From Candidatus Marinacidobacterales bacterium (GTDB taxonomy: Bacteria > Acidobacteriota > Vicinamibacteria > Marinacidobacterales > DATDRI01), in the NCBI GenBank assembly GCA_965219415.1, contig CBDCNP010000002.1, positions 2,496,001-2,560,000 on the forward strand: a DNA stretch of 64,000 nucleotides, written 5' to 3'. Within the stretch, counting starts at the first letter, position 1, and each line of letters begins with the position of its first letter. Under the pieces are notes generated by a model that ran no database searches, was not told the DNA's origin, and saw only the letters and a list, made by a program, of their open reading frames with translations. Shown here piece after piece: positions 31,511-43,734 of the stretch. The position numbers were made by a program, and so were the translations under genes.

Positions 31511-31807
31511 GGTGCTTCCGCAGTCAAGTGTTGGCGGCCGGCGCGTAACCTGTTCGCGTGCTAGAGTCTTAGCCTGATTTCGAGAGGCGCAGTTCTTTCG
31601 TCAATGCCGGCTGGGCCGAGTTTTGGCACAGGACGGGGGAGGACGGCGAGCTTCTGCCGAGGAGCGACATTCTTGAGAGCTAGCTCGCGACGAGCCTTGA
31701 AGGCAGAGACGAGAGCGCGAACCAACGACGAAATCACGGCGGCATGGTGCCGGCAGACCGGAGACTAATCAAGTTCGGTGCGCGCGGATGAGTAAATAGA
31801 AGGCACA
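31511..31807. repeat. composite repeat copy 2 (31511-31638) followed by a family-C end
   Basis: Homologous to 19144-19271 and, inverted, to 29279-29447. Confidence 0.85.
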
Positions 31808-31832
31808 AGCACTCGGGTGTGTAGAGTGCTAA
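31808..31832 (+). promoter_or_regulatory. CIRCE (HrcA operator), left arm clipped
   Basis: AGCACTC-N9-GAGTGCTAA versus consensus TTAGCACTC-N9-GAGTGCTAA; upstream of hsp20-groES-groEL. Confidence 0.88.
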
Positions 31833-31845
31833 TATGTTGAGGTTG

Positions 31846-32188
31846 ATGAGTTACAAATACCACTCGCCCATTGGGATCCTGTGCGTGAGCTTCTTGCGCC
31901 TCAAGAACGGATGAACCGGCGAATCGATCAGACGCTGTCGCGCACGCGCTCCGAGGGAGAGCTGTCGACCACTGGGGCATGGTCCCCCGCTGTGGATCTC
32001 TACGAAACCGAAAAGAGCTTTGTTCTCATCGTTCGCATGGAACCTACGGCCTGTTCCATTGCACGTTCGAGCTCCCGACAAGCATCGATACGGACAAAGT
32101 AAAGGCCGATTTCAAGAAGGGCATTCTGACGGTGACCATGCCGAAGAAGGCGAGCGAGAAAAGCCGTCAGATTCTCATCAGTGGTTGA
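31846..32188 (+). pseudogene. Hsp20 small heat-shock protein, internally deleted and frameshifted
   Basis: WDPVREL...WSPAVDLYET in one frame and FELPTSIDTDKVKADFKKGILTVTMPK in another. Confidence 0.85.
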
Positions 32189-32251
32189 CCGCCGTTTTGG
32201 GAGCTCGACCCCGACGGCCGGTCCTAGATAACAAGGAGGAATAATCGAGAA

Positions 32252-32542
32252 ATGAAGATCAAACCGATAAAGGACAACATTGTCGTGAAGCGGATCGAGG
32301 AGATAGACGAGAAGAAAGTCGGATCCATCATCATTCCCGACACGGCGAAGGAAAAGCCGATGACGGCCGAAGTCATAGCCATCGGATCGGGCCGGACTTT
32401 GAATGATGGAAAGAAGGTTGCGCTCGAGGTGAAGGTGGGCGACAAAGTGCTCATCGGCAAATACTCGGGCTCGGAAGTGAAACTGAACGGAACTGAGTAC
32501 CTCATCCTCAAAGAGGACGAAGTACTCGGCATCGTGGAATAG
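32252..32542 (+). CDS. groES: co-chaperonin GroES
   Basis: IIIPDTAKEKP and VKVGDKVL motifs; RBS AAGGAGG. Confidence 0.97.
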   Translation: MKIKPIKDNIVVKRIEEIDEKKVGSIIIPDTAKEKPMTAEVIAIGSGRTLNDGKKVALEVKVGDKVLIGKYSGSEVKLNGTEYLILKEDEVLGIVE

Positions 32543-32558
32543 CTTGGAGGTATTGTAA

Positions 32559-34211
<1,653 letters not shown>

Positions 34212-34223
34212 GCTACACACTTC

Positions 34224-34260
34224 CCGAGAGCCCGGGTCGCTCACGCGGCCCGTGCTCTCG
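34224..34260 (+). terminator. GC hairpin after groEL (no U-tract)
   Basis: CGAGAGC-C-CGGGTCGC-TCAC-GCGGCCCG-T-GCTCTCG. Confidence 0.45.
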
Positions 34261-34295
34261 TCGTGTCCGAAAACGGGAACGGAACCGCAAGCTCG

Positions 34296-34460
34296 GGTGC
34301 TTGCGCTGTTTACTGTTGGTGATGTGTACGCGTCCCTTCGCAAAAGAGGCGCTTACGCTCGATTTAGCGCGCAGCGAAGGTCATCGGCGCTATTTTGCTG
34401 TAATTTAATGCACCCTAAAGTCTTAGCGTCATCTCACCAACACTTAATGGCGGAAGCACC
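34296..34460. repeat. IS1-derived MITE copy 2
   Basis: GGTGCTTGCGCTGTTTACTG...TTAATGGCGGAAGCACC. Confidence 0.88.
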
Positions 34461-34493
34461 CAATTTCGAGTCAGGTCAGGAGGGTTGCTTGCG

Positions 34494-37400
34494 ATGAAGA
34501 AAATTGCTTTGCTTCTCGGGTGCCTAGTTGTCGGTGCAAGCGCGATCTCGGCGCAAAGCGCAACGAAGCAGTTGCAGAGTGCGGATCTTTCCAGCCTTCA
34601 ATGGCGAAACATCGGTCCCGCACGGCCGAGCGGCCGGGTGACTGATCTTGCGGTCCTCGAGTCGAGGCCGAGTACCTTCTATGTGGCCACCGCGACCGGT
34701 GGCGCCTGGAAAACGACCACCAACGGTACGACGTGGACGCCGGTATGGGACAGCGAGGGCAGCATTTCCTTGGGTGCCATTGCCGTCGCTCCATCCAATC
34801 CCGATGTTGTCTGGGTCGGCACGGGCGAGGCTTGGAGTGCGCGGATCTCTTCCTATGGTGATGGCGTCTACAAATCCGAGGACGGCGGGAAAACCTGGCA
34901 CCACATGGGCCTCCGAGAAACCCGCTACATCGGCCGCATCGCCATTCATCCCCAAGACGAGAACACGGTTTACGTCGCGGCACTTGGATCGCTCTGGGGG
35001 CCAAACGAGGAACGAGGTTTGTTCAAGACCACCAACGGGGGGAAATCTTGGACCAAGATGCTCTACAAGAACCCTCACACGGGCGCAGTCGAGGTTGCGC
35101 TCGCCCCTTCTCGCCCTGAGACGGTATATGCTGCAACCTACCTGCGGGAGCGGCGGGCATGGAACTTCGTGGGTGGGGGACCGGAGAACGGTCTCTACAA
35201 ATCGATAGACGGAGGTGAGAGCTGGGTCGAGCTAACCAACGGTCTTCCCGAAGTGGACATGGGGCGTATCGGACTTTCCATTTGCCGAAGCCAGCCAAGC
35301 ACTATCTATGCGGCTATCGAGGCGCAGCGAGATGCAGGGGGGATCTTCCGCTCCGACGACCGTGGCGCCAGTTGGGAGCGGCGTACCGGAAAGTGGAACA
35401 CACGTCTCGACTACGGAAAGCTCAATTGCGACCCCAACGATCCGGAGAGCCTGTGGTTGATGCACATGCGGCTCTCTCGCTCCGACGATGGCGGGGAGAC
35501 GTTTCGCACCGACGTGGTCGGTCGCGGAGGGCACGCGGACTGGCGCACGATGTGGATCAACCCCACGAACTCAGATCATCTCATCTCCGGCAGTGACGGT
35601 GGCGTTTATCTATCTTACGACCGGGGCAAGAGCTGGAGCTTCATTGGGAATCTCCCAGTATCGCAGTTCTACGACGTCGCGGTCGATATGCAAGAACCCT
35701 TCTACTACGTCTACGGCGGGCTTCAGGATAACGGCACCTTCGGTGGACCGAGTGGAACTCGTTATTCGGATGGAATTACCAATGCCGATTGGAAACTGAC
35801 GACGGGGGGGGACGGTTTCTACGTTCAAATCGATCCCCAGGATCCGACCATCGTCTACAGCGAGTGGCAGTACGGGTTTCTGAATCGTTTCGATACACGA
35901 ACCGGAGAGCGTCACTTCATTCAACCGCAACCTCCGGAAAAGGAGAACTATCGTTGGAACTGGTCCTCGCCCCTGGTGCTCTCACAGCACGATCGCAAGA
36001 CCCTTTACTTCGGTGCGAATTACCTCTTTCGTAGCCGAAACCGGGGCGACAGCTGGGAGACCATCGGTCCCGATCTCACACGCAACTTGAATCCCCATGA
36101 GCTGCCGCTGATGGGCAATGTGTGGCCGAAGGATGCCGTAGCCTACCACGCGGGGACCGCCGATTATGGAAGTATCTCCACCATCGCCGAGTCGCCACTC
36201 AGGGCCGGAGTCCTTGCGGTCGGTACCGACGATGGCTTGATTCAAGTGACGACCGATGATGGGGAAAATTGGTTCCGCGTCGGGACCATCCCCGGTGTTC
36301 CGAACCAAGCGTGGGTGACGCGTGTCGTGCTGTCCGGGCATGACGAGCAGACGCTTTATGCCACGATCGACGCACACCACGACAACGACTTCCGACCTTA
36401 TGTGGTCAAGAGTGCGGACTTAGGTCGCACTTGGAAATCGATTACCGCCAACTTGCCGGAGTTCGGTCACGCGCGGACGCTCGCCGAGCATCCCCGAAAT
36501 CCGAATCTCCTGTTCGTGGGAACCGAGTTTGGCGTCTTCTTATCGCTGGACGGCGGGAACCGCTGGGTCCGGCTCAAGAACAACCTGCCCACCGTCAATA
36601 TTTACGACATATTAATTCATCCCCGAGAGAACGATCTTGTCATCGCCACTCATGGCCGTGGGCTTTGGATTCTAGACGACATCGGAATCTTGGAAAGTGT
36701 GGGACAGGCCTGGGGCAAGGAGCTTCACGTAGCGTCCGTCCGCCCGGCGACCCAGCTCCACCGCTATACCCGTAATCAAGGCTCCATCGGGACGGATCAT
36801 TTTTCGGCGCCCAATCCACCCGACGGGGCCACCATCACTTATTATGTGAATCCGTCATCGCTCGAAGGTGACGGCGGAAAACGCGTGGAAGTCGACATCT
36901 TGGGTGCGGGCGGCGAGTTCGTGCGCCGATTACATACGAATCAAGGGCAGGCAGGCGGTGGCATCCGGCGTTTGATTTGGGATCTGAGGCATCCACTTCC
37001 CTATGACATCACTCCCGAGGAGGCGCGAAACAGTTGGCAGCCTCCCCCGCGCGGGGCATTCGTCATTCCCGGTGAATACCGCGTCCGCTTGCGACTCGGC
37101 GACGAGGAGGTGTCGCAATCGATAACTGTACGAGGCGATCCCGCCATCTCCATCTCCACCGGGAACCGGCGCCTTTGGCACGATACACTGCTTCGTCTCG
37201 CCGAGATGGATGCGGCAGCACGCGGATCGGTGGCTACGGCGCAACAGGTGCAAGAGCAACTAAAGGAAATCGCAAAAGTGCTCGCGTCCAATCCCAACAC
37301 TGCGGCCACGTTGGGCGAGGAATTGCGCAGCCTTCAATCCCAGGTAGACGGTATTTTGGATAACCTCCTGGGTCGTGGCCCTCGGGACGTTGCGGAGCAG

Positions 37401-37646
37401 CCCAAGGCGCCGCCCATTGCCCGACGCATCCGGGAGACCTACGCTTTCGTCGAAGCATCGACCGCCCGTCCTACCGATGACCAATTGCGCATTACCGAGG
37501 AGACGGGCAAGCGACTGAGCGTCGAAGTCGCAAGGATCGATCGTTTGGTGGTCGAAACGATTCCCGCCTTCAACCGGAAGCTCGACACCCTCGGGGTTCG
37601 ATGGACTCCCGGCCGGTCTCCCGGAGTGCGGACTACGACGCAGTGA
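34494..37646 (+). CDS. secreted VPS10/BNR-repeat beta-propeller protein (glycosyl-hydrolase-like)
   Basis: Signal peptide, WRNIGP..SGR, many SxDxGxTW Asp-boxes, ATHGRG; RBS GGAGG. Confidence 0.9.
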   Translation: MKKIALLLGCLVVGASAISAQSATKQLQSADLSSLQWRNIGPARPSGRVTDLAVLESRPSTFYVATATGGAWKTTTNGTTWTPVWDSEGSISLGAIAVAPSNPDVVWVGTGEAWSARISSYGDGVYKSEDGGKTWHHMGLRETRYIGRIAIHPQDENTVYVAALGSLWGPNEERGLFKTTNGGKSWTKMLYKNPHTGAVEVALAPSRPETVYAATYLRERRAWNFVGGGPENGLYKSIDGGESWVELTNGLPEVDMGRIGLSICRSQPSTIYAAIEAQRDAGGIFRSDDRGASWERRTGKWNTRLDYGKLNCDPNDPESLWLMHMRLSRSDDGGETFRTDVVGRGGHADWRTMWINPTNSDHLISGSDGGVYLSYDRGKSWSFIGNLPVSQFYDVAVDMQEPFYYVYGGLQDNGTFGGPSGTRYSDGITNADWKLTTGGDGFYVQIDPQDPTIVYSEWQYGFLNRFDTRTGERHFIQPQPPEKENYRWNWSSPLVLSQHDRKTLYFGANYLFRSRNRGDSWETIGPDLTRNLNPHELPLMGNVWPKDAVAYHAGTADYGSISTIAESPLRAGVLAVGTDDGLIQVTTDDGENWFRVGTIPGVPNQAWVTRVVLSGHDEQTLYATIDAHHDNDFRPYVVKSADLGRTWKSITANLPEFGHARTLAEHPRNPNLLFVGTEFGVFLSLDGGNRWVRLKNNLPTVNIYDILIHPRENDLVIATHGRGLWILDDIGILESVGQAWGKELHVASVRPATQLHRYTRNQGSIGTDHFSAPNPPDGATITYYVNPSSLEGDGGKRVEVDILGAGGEFVRRLHTNQGQAGGGIRRLIWDLRHPLPYDITPEEARNSWQPPPRGAFVIPGEYRVRLRLGDEEVSQSITVRGDPAISISTGNRRLWHDTLLRLAEMDAAARGSVATAQQVQEQLKEIAKVLASNPNTAATLGEELRSLQSQVDGILDNLLGRGPRDVAEQPKAPPIARRIRETYAFVEASTARPTDDQLRITEETGKRLSVEVARIDRLVVETIPAFNRKLDTLGVRWTPGRSPGVRTTTQ

Positions 37647-37710
37647 ATGGGACCAATCGTCGCGGTTCTGAACGCACGCGGCCGCGGGTTGGCTTACAGC
37701 GTGGTCTGCC

Positions 37711-37926
37711 TCAGAGCGTTGCGACGAGGGTGCGCTGTTTCTCCCAATCATCGGGGAGCGGATGATGGAGAAGGTAGCTCGAGGTCAGCCCAACAGGCTG
37801 GCGGCCGTCCACGATGGCACGAACAATGTCGGGTGCCAGGAAGGCATAGCGGATTGCCTTGCGCACCCGGGCCGTAGGGACAGCGTCTTCGGTGGCAATC
37901 TCCTCATAGCGTATGGTGCAAAAACT
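37711..37926 (-). pseudogene. second serine recombinase C-terminal fragment
   Basis: Homolog of 30787-30990 (AFLAPDIVRAIVDGRQPVGL); cut by a family-A end. Confidence 0.8.
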
Positions 37927-38168
37927 GGTGCTTGCGCTGTTTACTGTTGGTAATGTGTACGCCATCCCGTCCAGTGCCAAAACTCGGCTGTGCCTTCTAT
38001 TTATTCATCCGCGCGCCCCGAACCTGATCGGTCTCCGATCTGCCGGGACTATGCCTGCATGATTTCGTCGTTTTTTCGTGCTCGGCCCTGGGCACGGCCG
38101 CAAACCAGACTCTAAGTTGCTGATTTATGGGCTATTTCAAAAGGGCTGAGTTTTGGCACAGGACGGGG
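37927..38168. repeat. stacked A-B-C-B element ends
   Basis: A at 37927, B at 37966, C at 37989, B ending at 38167. Confidence 0.85.
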
Positions 38169-38214
38169 TCTTGCCGGTTCCCACGCTATCGTCAGCGGTG
38201 CAGCACAGCCGGCA

Positions 38215-38613
38215 CTATTGAACGAAGTGATACGTGATCTGGTCGAAGCGGTCCCGCGCGAAGGAGAACACGAAGAACAGCGGCTCCGAGCCGGTGCATC
38301 GGAGCGCGTGCCTGGCATTGGCAGGGATGTAGATTGCGCAGCCGGGCCCGACCGCCGTCGTGTAATCGTCGATCTTCATCTCCCCTCGGCCGCTAACGAC
38401 GTAATAGGTTTCCTGGGGCTCGTGGTGGTGAAGCAGTAGTTGCGCGCCGGGCGGGAGTTGTGCAATGCCCGTGACGAGGCCGCTGCTTTCCGTGCGTTCG
38501 CCTGTGATCAGGAGCTTCCAGCGTATCGCGCTCTTGGTAGCGAGGGTGGTGTTGCGCCAGCCTTCCCAATCGAGGGTGGCTTGGTCGATAATGATAGGTT
38601 TGCGCATGTTCAT
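38215..38613 (-). CDS. cupin domain protein (DddW-like)
   Basis: Cupin motifs HHHEPQETYYVVSGRG and IPANARHAL. Confidence 0.85.
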   Translation of the reverse strand: MNMRKPIIIDQATLDWEGWRNTTLATKSAIRWKLLITGERTESSGLVTGIAQLPPGAQLLLHHHEPQETYYVVSGRGEMKIDDYTTAVGPGCAIYIPANARHALRCTGSEPLFFVFSFARDRFDQITYHFVQ

Positions 38614-38730
38614 TGAACTACCGGTCGACCACCTTTTTTTTGCACTATTTTGTGTGATTTTAATGTGATTCTTAAAGCTAAATGCGTGAAATATTTGTGA
38701 ATTCTTCCATAAATTGCCACCATCGAGACC

Positions 38731-39787
38731 TGTGCATCGTCAAAACTGCTCCGCCCACGAAATCAAGGACTTACGCTCCGCTTGAATTCCGGGCCGAAGA
38801 CGGCGAAACTCCGCCGCTATGCTCAACGTTATTGTCTTCCTCGTCTCACTTGGCGTCCGTGTCATTCGGGCGATGTGTCGGCGCCGCGCCGACCTGGTGT
38901 TGGAGAACGTCGCTTTGCGGCAGCAAGTGACGGTGCTGAAGAAAGAGCGCCCACGCCCACCGCTCGAAGACACGGAACGGGCTTTCTGGGTTGCTCTTCG
39001 AGGTTCGTGGCCCGTGTGGGCGAGCCGCCTGCTCATCGTCCACGCGGACACCGTGGCCCGTTGGCATCGCGACCGATTCCGACGGTACTGGGCAAAGATC
39101 TCGCAGCGCCGCCATCCCGGTCGGCCTCGGATTGATGCCGAGATTCGCCGCCTCGTCCGCACGATGGCGCAAGACGGCTGGGGGGCGCCACGCATCCATG
39201 CTGAGCTCACCAAGCTCGGTTTCATCATCTCCGAGATTACGGTGTCGCGATACCTACCGCGGCATCCTGCGGAGCCCGACCAGCTGAAGCGATGGATGGC
39301 TTTCTTGCGCAACCATAAAGACGATATCGCCGCCATGGATCTGTTCACCGTGCCCACCGCTTCGCTCCGGCTGCTGTACGGCTTCTTCGTCATCGAGCAC
39401 GGCCGTCGGCACATCGTTCACTTCAACGCCACGTTCCACCCGACGTCTGCTTGGGTTATTCAGCAACTGCGTGAGGCGTTTCCCTACGACACCGCTCCGA
39501 AATATCTCATCTTCGATCGCGACTTCATCTTTAGCGCTGGGGTCATCGAGTTCATCAAAGCAACGGGCACAAAACCCGTTCGCACCTCGTTTCGCAGCCC
39601 ATGGCAAAACGGAACCGCGGAGCGGTGGGTCGGCAGCTGCCGTCGCGAGTTCCTTGAGCACGTCGTGGTTCTCGGCGCATGTCATCTCATCCGGCTCGTG
39701 CGAGCTTACATCAGCTACTATCACGAGGACCGTTGCCACTTGGGGCTGAACAAGGACACACCGAGCTTGAGAGCGGTCACGCGCCAA
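38731..39787 (+). mobile_element. rve integrase-core (IS481-like) element, 3'-truncated; ORF starts at 38819
   Basis: TGTGCATCGTCAAAACT end; AMDLF, IFDRD and SPWQNGTAER motifs; cut at 39788. Confidence 0.85.
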
Positions 39788-40044
39788 CCCGTGAGGTCAA
39801 AATACTCATGCGGCTTCCCGATGGTAGAAACGTAGCAGCCCGCCAAAGCCGTTCAAGGGAGCGCACCTTGCGCTCGGACTGAGGGACTGGTCGCTGGCTG
39901 GGAACAGCAGGAGATTCTCCTTGCCTTGATGATTCCTTCCGCTGAACTGGAATGCGTATCCGACCGCGATGGCGGATTCAAGCGGCCCTTGGAAAGGTGC
40001 AAACTGCTGACCCGCTGGGCGTTCGAGTATTTTGACCAGACGGG
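39788..40044. mobile_element. 257-bp internally deleted mini-element with 20-bp TIRs
   Basis: CCCGTGAGGTCAAAATACTC / GAGTATTTTGACCAGACGGG; minus strand keeps the rve tail RNHQGKENLLLFP...GGLLRFYHREAA. Confidence 0.75.
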
Positions 40045-40167
40045 ATCGTCGGTGAAGGGCATCGCGGTGCCGCGAACGACGGTGTCATGGCCCTCGAGTT
40101 CCGTTCGTTCGGTCGTCATGCCTCTATCTTCGCCTGTCGCGGTCACGCTGGCAATGATCCACAGCCT

Positions 40168-41478
40168 TGTGCCCCGCAAAAAGTCGACCCGGTGTCCATC
40201 ATCATTATTAATCCGGGACTGGACTCTAGGGCCCGGACCACCCTCGAGCACATGCTGGAGAGCGTGGTCAGCGCGCGAGGGAAGGTGCTGAGGACGAACT
40301 TCTCGGCGACCAGCCGAGTAACGCGAGCGACCAAGCTGACTCAGGCTGCCTCTCGCCACTCGTATCGATGGTGCAGTCCACCGACTCGCGGCAGTGCGAC
40401 GACTTTCGCCGTAGGAGACGGTCGGTGCGTGACCGTTCTCAAGCTCGGTGTGTCCTTGTTCAGTCCCAAGTGGCAACGGTCCTCATGATAGTAGCTGATG
40501 TAAGCTCGCACGAGCCGGATGAGATGACATGCACCGAGAACCACGACGTGCTCAAGGAGCTCGCGACGGCAGCTGCCGACCCACCGCTCCGCGGTTCCGT
40601 TTTGCCATGGGCTGCGAAACGAAGTGCGAACGGGTTTTGTGCCCGTTGCCTTGATGAACTCGATGACCGCAGCGTTAAAGATGAAGTCGCGATCGAAGAT
40701 GAGATATCTCGGAGCGGTGTCGTAGGGAAACGCCTCGCGTAGTTGCTGAATAACCCAAGCAGACATCGGGTGGAACGTGGCGTTGAAGTGAACGATGTGC
40801 CGGCGACCGTGCTCGATGACGAAGAAGCCGTACAGCAGCCGGAGCGACGCGGTGGGCACGGTGAACAGATCCATGGCGGCGATATCGTCTTTATGGTTGC
40901 GCAAGAAAGCCATCCATCGTTTCAGCTGGTCGGGCTCCGCGGGACGCCGCGGCAGGTATCGCGACACCGTGCTCTCGGAGATGATGAAACCGAGCTTGGT
41001 GAGCTCAGCATGGATGCGTGGCGCCCCCCAGCCGTCTTGCGCCATCGTGCGGACGAGGCGACGAATCTCGGCATCAATCCGAGGCCGACCGGGATGGCGG
41101 CGCTGCGAGATCTTTGCCCAGTACCGTCGGAATCGGTCGCGATGCCAACGGGCTACGGTGTCCGCGTGGACGATGAGCAGGCGGCTCGCCCACACGGGCC
41201 ACGAACCTCGAAGGGCAACCCAGAAAGCCCGTTCCGTGTCGTCGAGCGGTGGGCGTGGGCGCTCTTTCTTCAGCGCCGTCACTTGCTGCCGCAAAGCGAC
41301 GTTCTCCAACACCAGGTCGGCGCGGCGCCGACACATCGCCCGAATGGCACGGACGCCAAGTGAGACGAGGAAGACAACAACGTTGAGCATAGCGGCGGAG
41401 TTTCGCCGTCTTCGGCCCGGAATTCAAGCGGAGCGTAAGTCCTTGATTTCGTGGGCGGAGCAGTTTTGACGATGCACA
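40168..41478 (-). mobile_element. apparently complete rve integrase-core (IS481-like) element; CDS 40341-41390
   Basis: Near-identical inverted copy of 38731-39787 with the full C-terminus GGLHHRYEWREAA; TGT...ACA ends. Confidence 0.85.
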
Positions 41479-42960
41479 GCCCGCGGCGAGCGGCCCGTAG
41501 CCGAAGAAGCCGTTGGAACCGGCCGAGAAGCCCTGCCCGCGTCCATAGGGACCGACTGTCCACGATGTCGGATGACCCTCGGTAGTCTGGTACTGCTCGT
41601 CACGCCATTCCGCGCCAACGGCGAGGTTGACCATCTCGGTAGCGGCGTAGGAGACATCGAAGTTGACGCCGGTCTCCCGCTGCCGGTTGCTACCGAGATC
41701 GAACGCGGTCGGCGTGTCGGGACCGAGCGAGGCGTTGACGGTGTCGGAGATGAACAGATCAGTCTCGTGAGCCCCGACCGAGCCGCTCACGTCCCAGACG
41801 AAGCCGGCCGCAGTGAAGCCACGGACGCCGACGACGAGTGACACGTCCGTCGCTTCGCCACCGAAGTTCGGGGTGAAACCGCCTGGAAACCGCTCCCGGA
41901 ACGAGAAGCAGTTTGGGTCGTCGAACACCTGCTCCAGGGCGGCCGCGTCGGCGACGTGGTCAGTGATCGCGACCGTGGGGCAGTTCGCCGAGCTGGTGCC
42001 TTGCCGCCATGAGCGCGTCGCCGATCAGCAGCGTTTTGCCGCCGTCGATGCTGAAGACGCCGCCCCGCGTGTTCGGGTTCCGGAAGAAGAATCCCCCCGT
42101 CACTTTTTTGCTGGCGTAGTTCGTGTGGCTGTAGAACTGCACGCCGTTGGCGGCGGTGTAGCCGAAGTTCCCGAACAGCTTCATGTCGTCGTCGACCCGC
42201 GGCGAGCCCCAGACCTGAGGCGTGTCGGAGGCGATGTCCGAATTCCCGGCCGCCCGCAGCGCGATCGCATCGCTGCGAGGCGCGCTCCGATTGGTCGGAT
42301 TCGAGCTGCCATACTCCAAGCTGAGGTTGGCGAAGCCGGTGGCGCCAAGCGGCAGCCCAACATTTCCGGCGACGTTGAAGGCTTCACCGTCGCCCGATCC
42401 GAAAGTGCCGGTGTTGAACGCGAGTGTGCCCCCCGATGGAGCATCCTTGAGCTGGAAGTTCATCACGCCGGCGATCGCGTCCGAGCCGTACTGCGCCGCC
42501 GCGCCGTCGCGCAGCACCTCGACCTGCCGCAACGCAATCGACGGAATGGCCGAAATATCGGGGCCCTGTGACCCGAAGGCGACGCCGTTGCCGCCGTGCC
42601 AGTCGATGATCGACGAGCGGTGGCGGCGCTTGCCGTTGATCAGGACGAGCGTATGGTCCGGCGCGAGGTTGCGTAGCATTGCCGGCCGAACGACCGTCGA
42701 GGCGTCGCTTATCGGCTGTGTGTTGATGTTGAACGACGGGACGATCGTCCTAAGCTGCTCCTGCAGGTTGACGGCGCCCTGCCTGGTGATGTCGAAGGAG
42801 GAGAGAACATCGACCGGCACCGGTGACTCGGCGACCGTCCGCGGCTGCGCACGAGTACCGACGACGACCGTCTCCTCGGTATAGCCCTCCAGCAAAAACT
42901 GCATCTCCTCGGAGGACAGATCCATCGCCTCGATCTCCGCCGTGGTCATCCCGAGCACCC
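41479..42960 (-). pseudogene. TonB-dependent receptor internal fragment
   Basis: Paralog of 11179-13972 (LRNLAPDHTLVLINGKRRH); cut at both ends by TGT-ended termini; frameshift near 42000. Confidence 0.88.
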
Positions 42961-43109
42961 TGTGCCTTCTATTTATTCATCCGCCAGCCCATGGGTCGGA
43001 AGTCAGCCCTGCGGCGCGAAATACCCTGGATTCTGCACGGATTCCAAGGGCGTCTAAGCTGCTGATTTGTGGTCTATTTCTAAAGGGCCGAGTTTTGGCA
43101 CAGGACGGG
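42961..43109. repeat. fused family-C and family-B ends
   Basis: TGTGCCTTCTATTTATTCATCC ... GAGTTTTGGCACAGGACGGG. Confidence 0.85.
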
Positions 43110-43496
43110 GAAGGCGTCAAGACCGAGCGTCGTTTCCCGCTCGGTGCCTGCTCCCGTCCGGTCGTGGAAGACGAAGCCGTCGCCGTTGGAGGAAAACACG
43201 AAAGGGATATTGAGGGCCTCGGCGTAATCCAGCCCTTGCGGCATCCCGTCGCTGATGGCGTGGGTGTTATCCTTGGCCTCGATCAGGGCGATGGGGATGT
43301 TGGGCTTGTAATAAAGGATGTAGTCGGCCCGCTTGCCCTTTCCCCGGCTGACCAGCTTGCCGCGAACGATGATGCGGCCCTTGGTGAAGCTGACCTCCTC
43401 GCGAATTTGCGCCATCTCGTCCCACCCGGCCTGGCGCAAGGCCGGTGTGATGAACTTGGTGCAGATGTCACGCTCACTGAGGCTTTTCTTGTCCAT
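43110..43496 (-). pseudogene. hsdR: type I restriction enzyme R subunit N-terminal fragment
   Basis: [33 protein letters not shown] and FSSNGDGF motifs; cut by a family-B end. Confidence 0.88.
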
Positions 43497-43660
43497 TGCT
43501 CCGGCCATGATATCAGCACCAAATTCCAGAAGGGCCATTAGCGCTTGAGGAGGACAGAGTCCTCAAAGCTCGGCTTCGCGGGAGGAAGCTTCGCTCAAAC
43601 CTTGGCGGACTCTAGTTGAGGCCTAATTATCACAGGTAAACCCCCGGCTCTGCCGGGGTG

Positions 43661-43734
43661 TGAAGTGACCCCGCTTTCGTGGACAGGTTAAGAGTTAGGG
43701 ATCAAGCGGCGCGATAGTACCTCCTTTCGAATTG
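43661..43734 (-). mobile_element. right-end remnant of the same IS3 as 6607-7864
   Basis: Near-exact reverse complement of 7791-7864. Confidence 0.9.
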
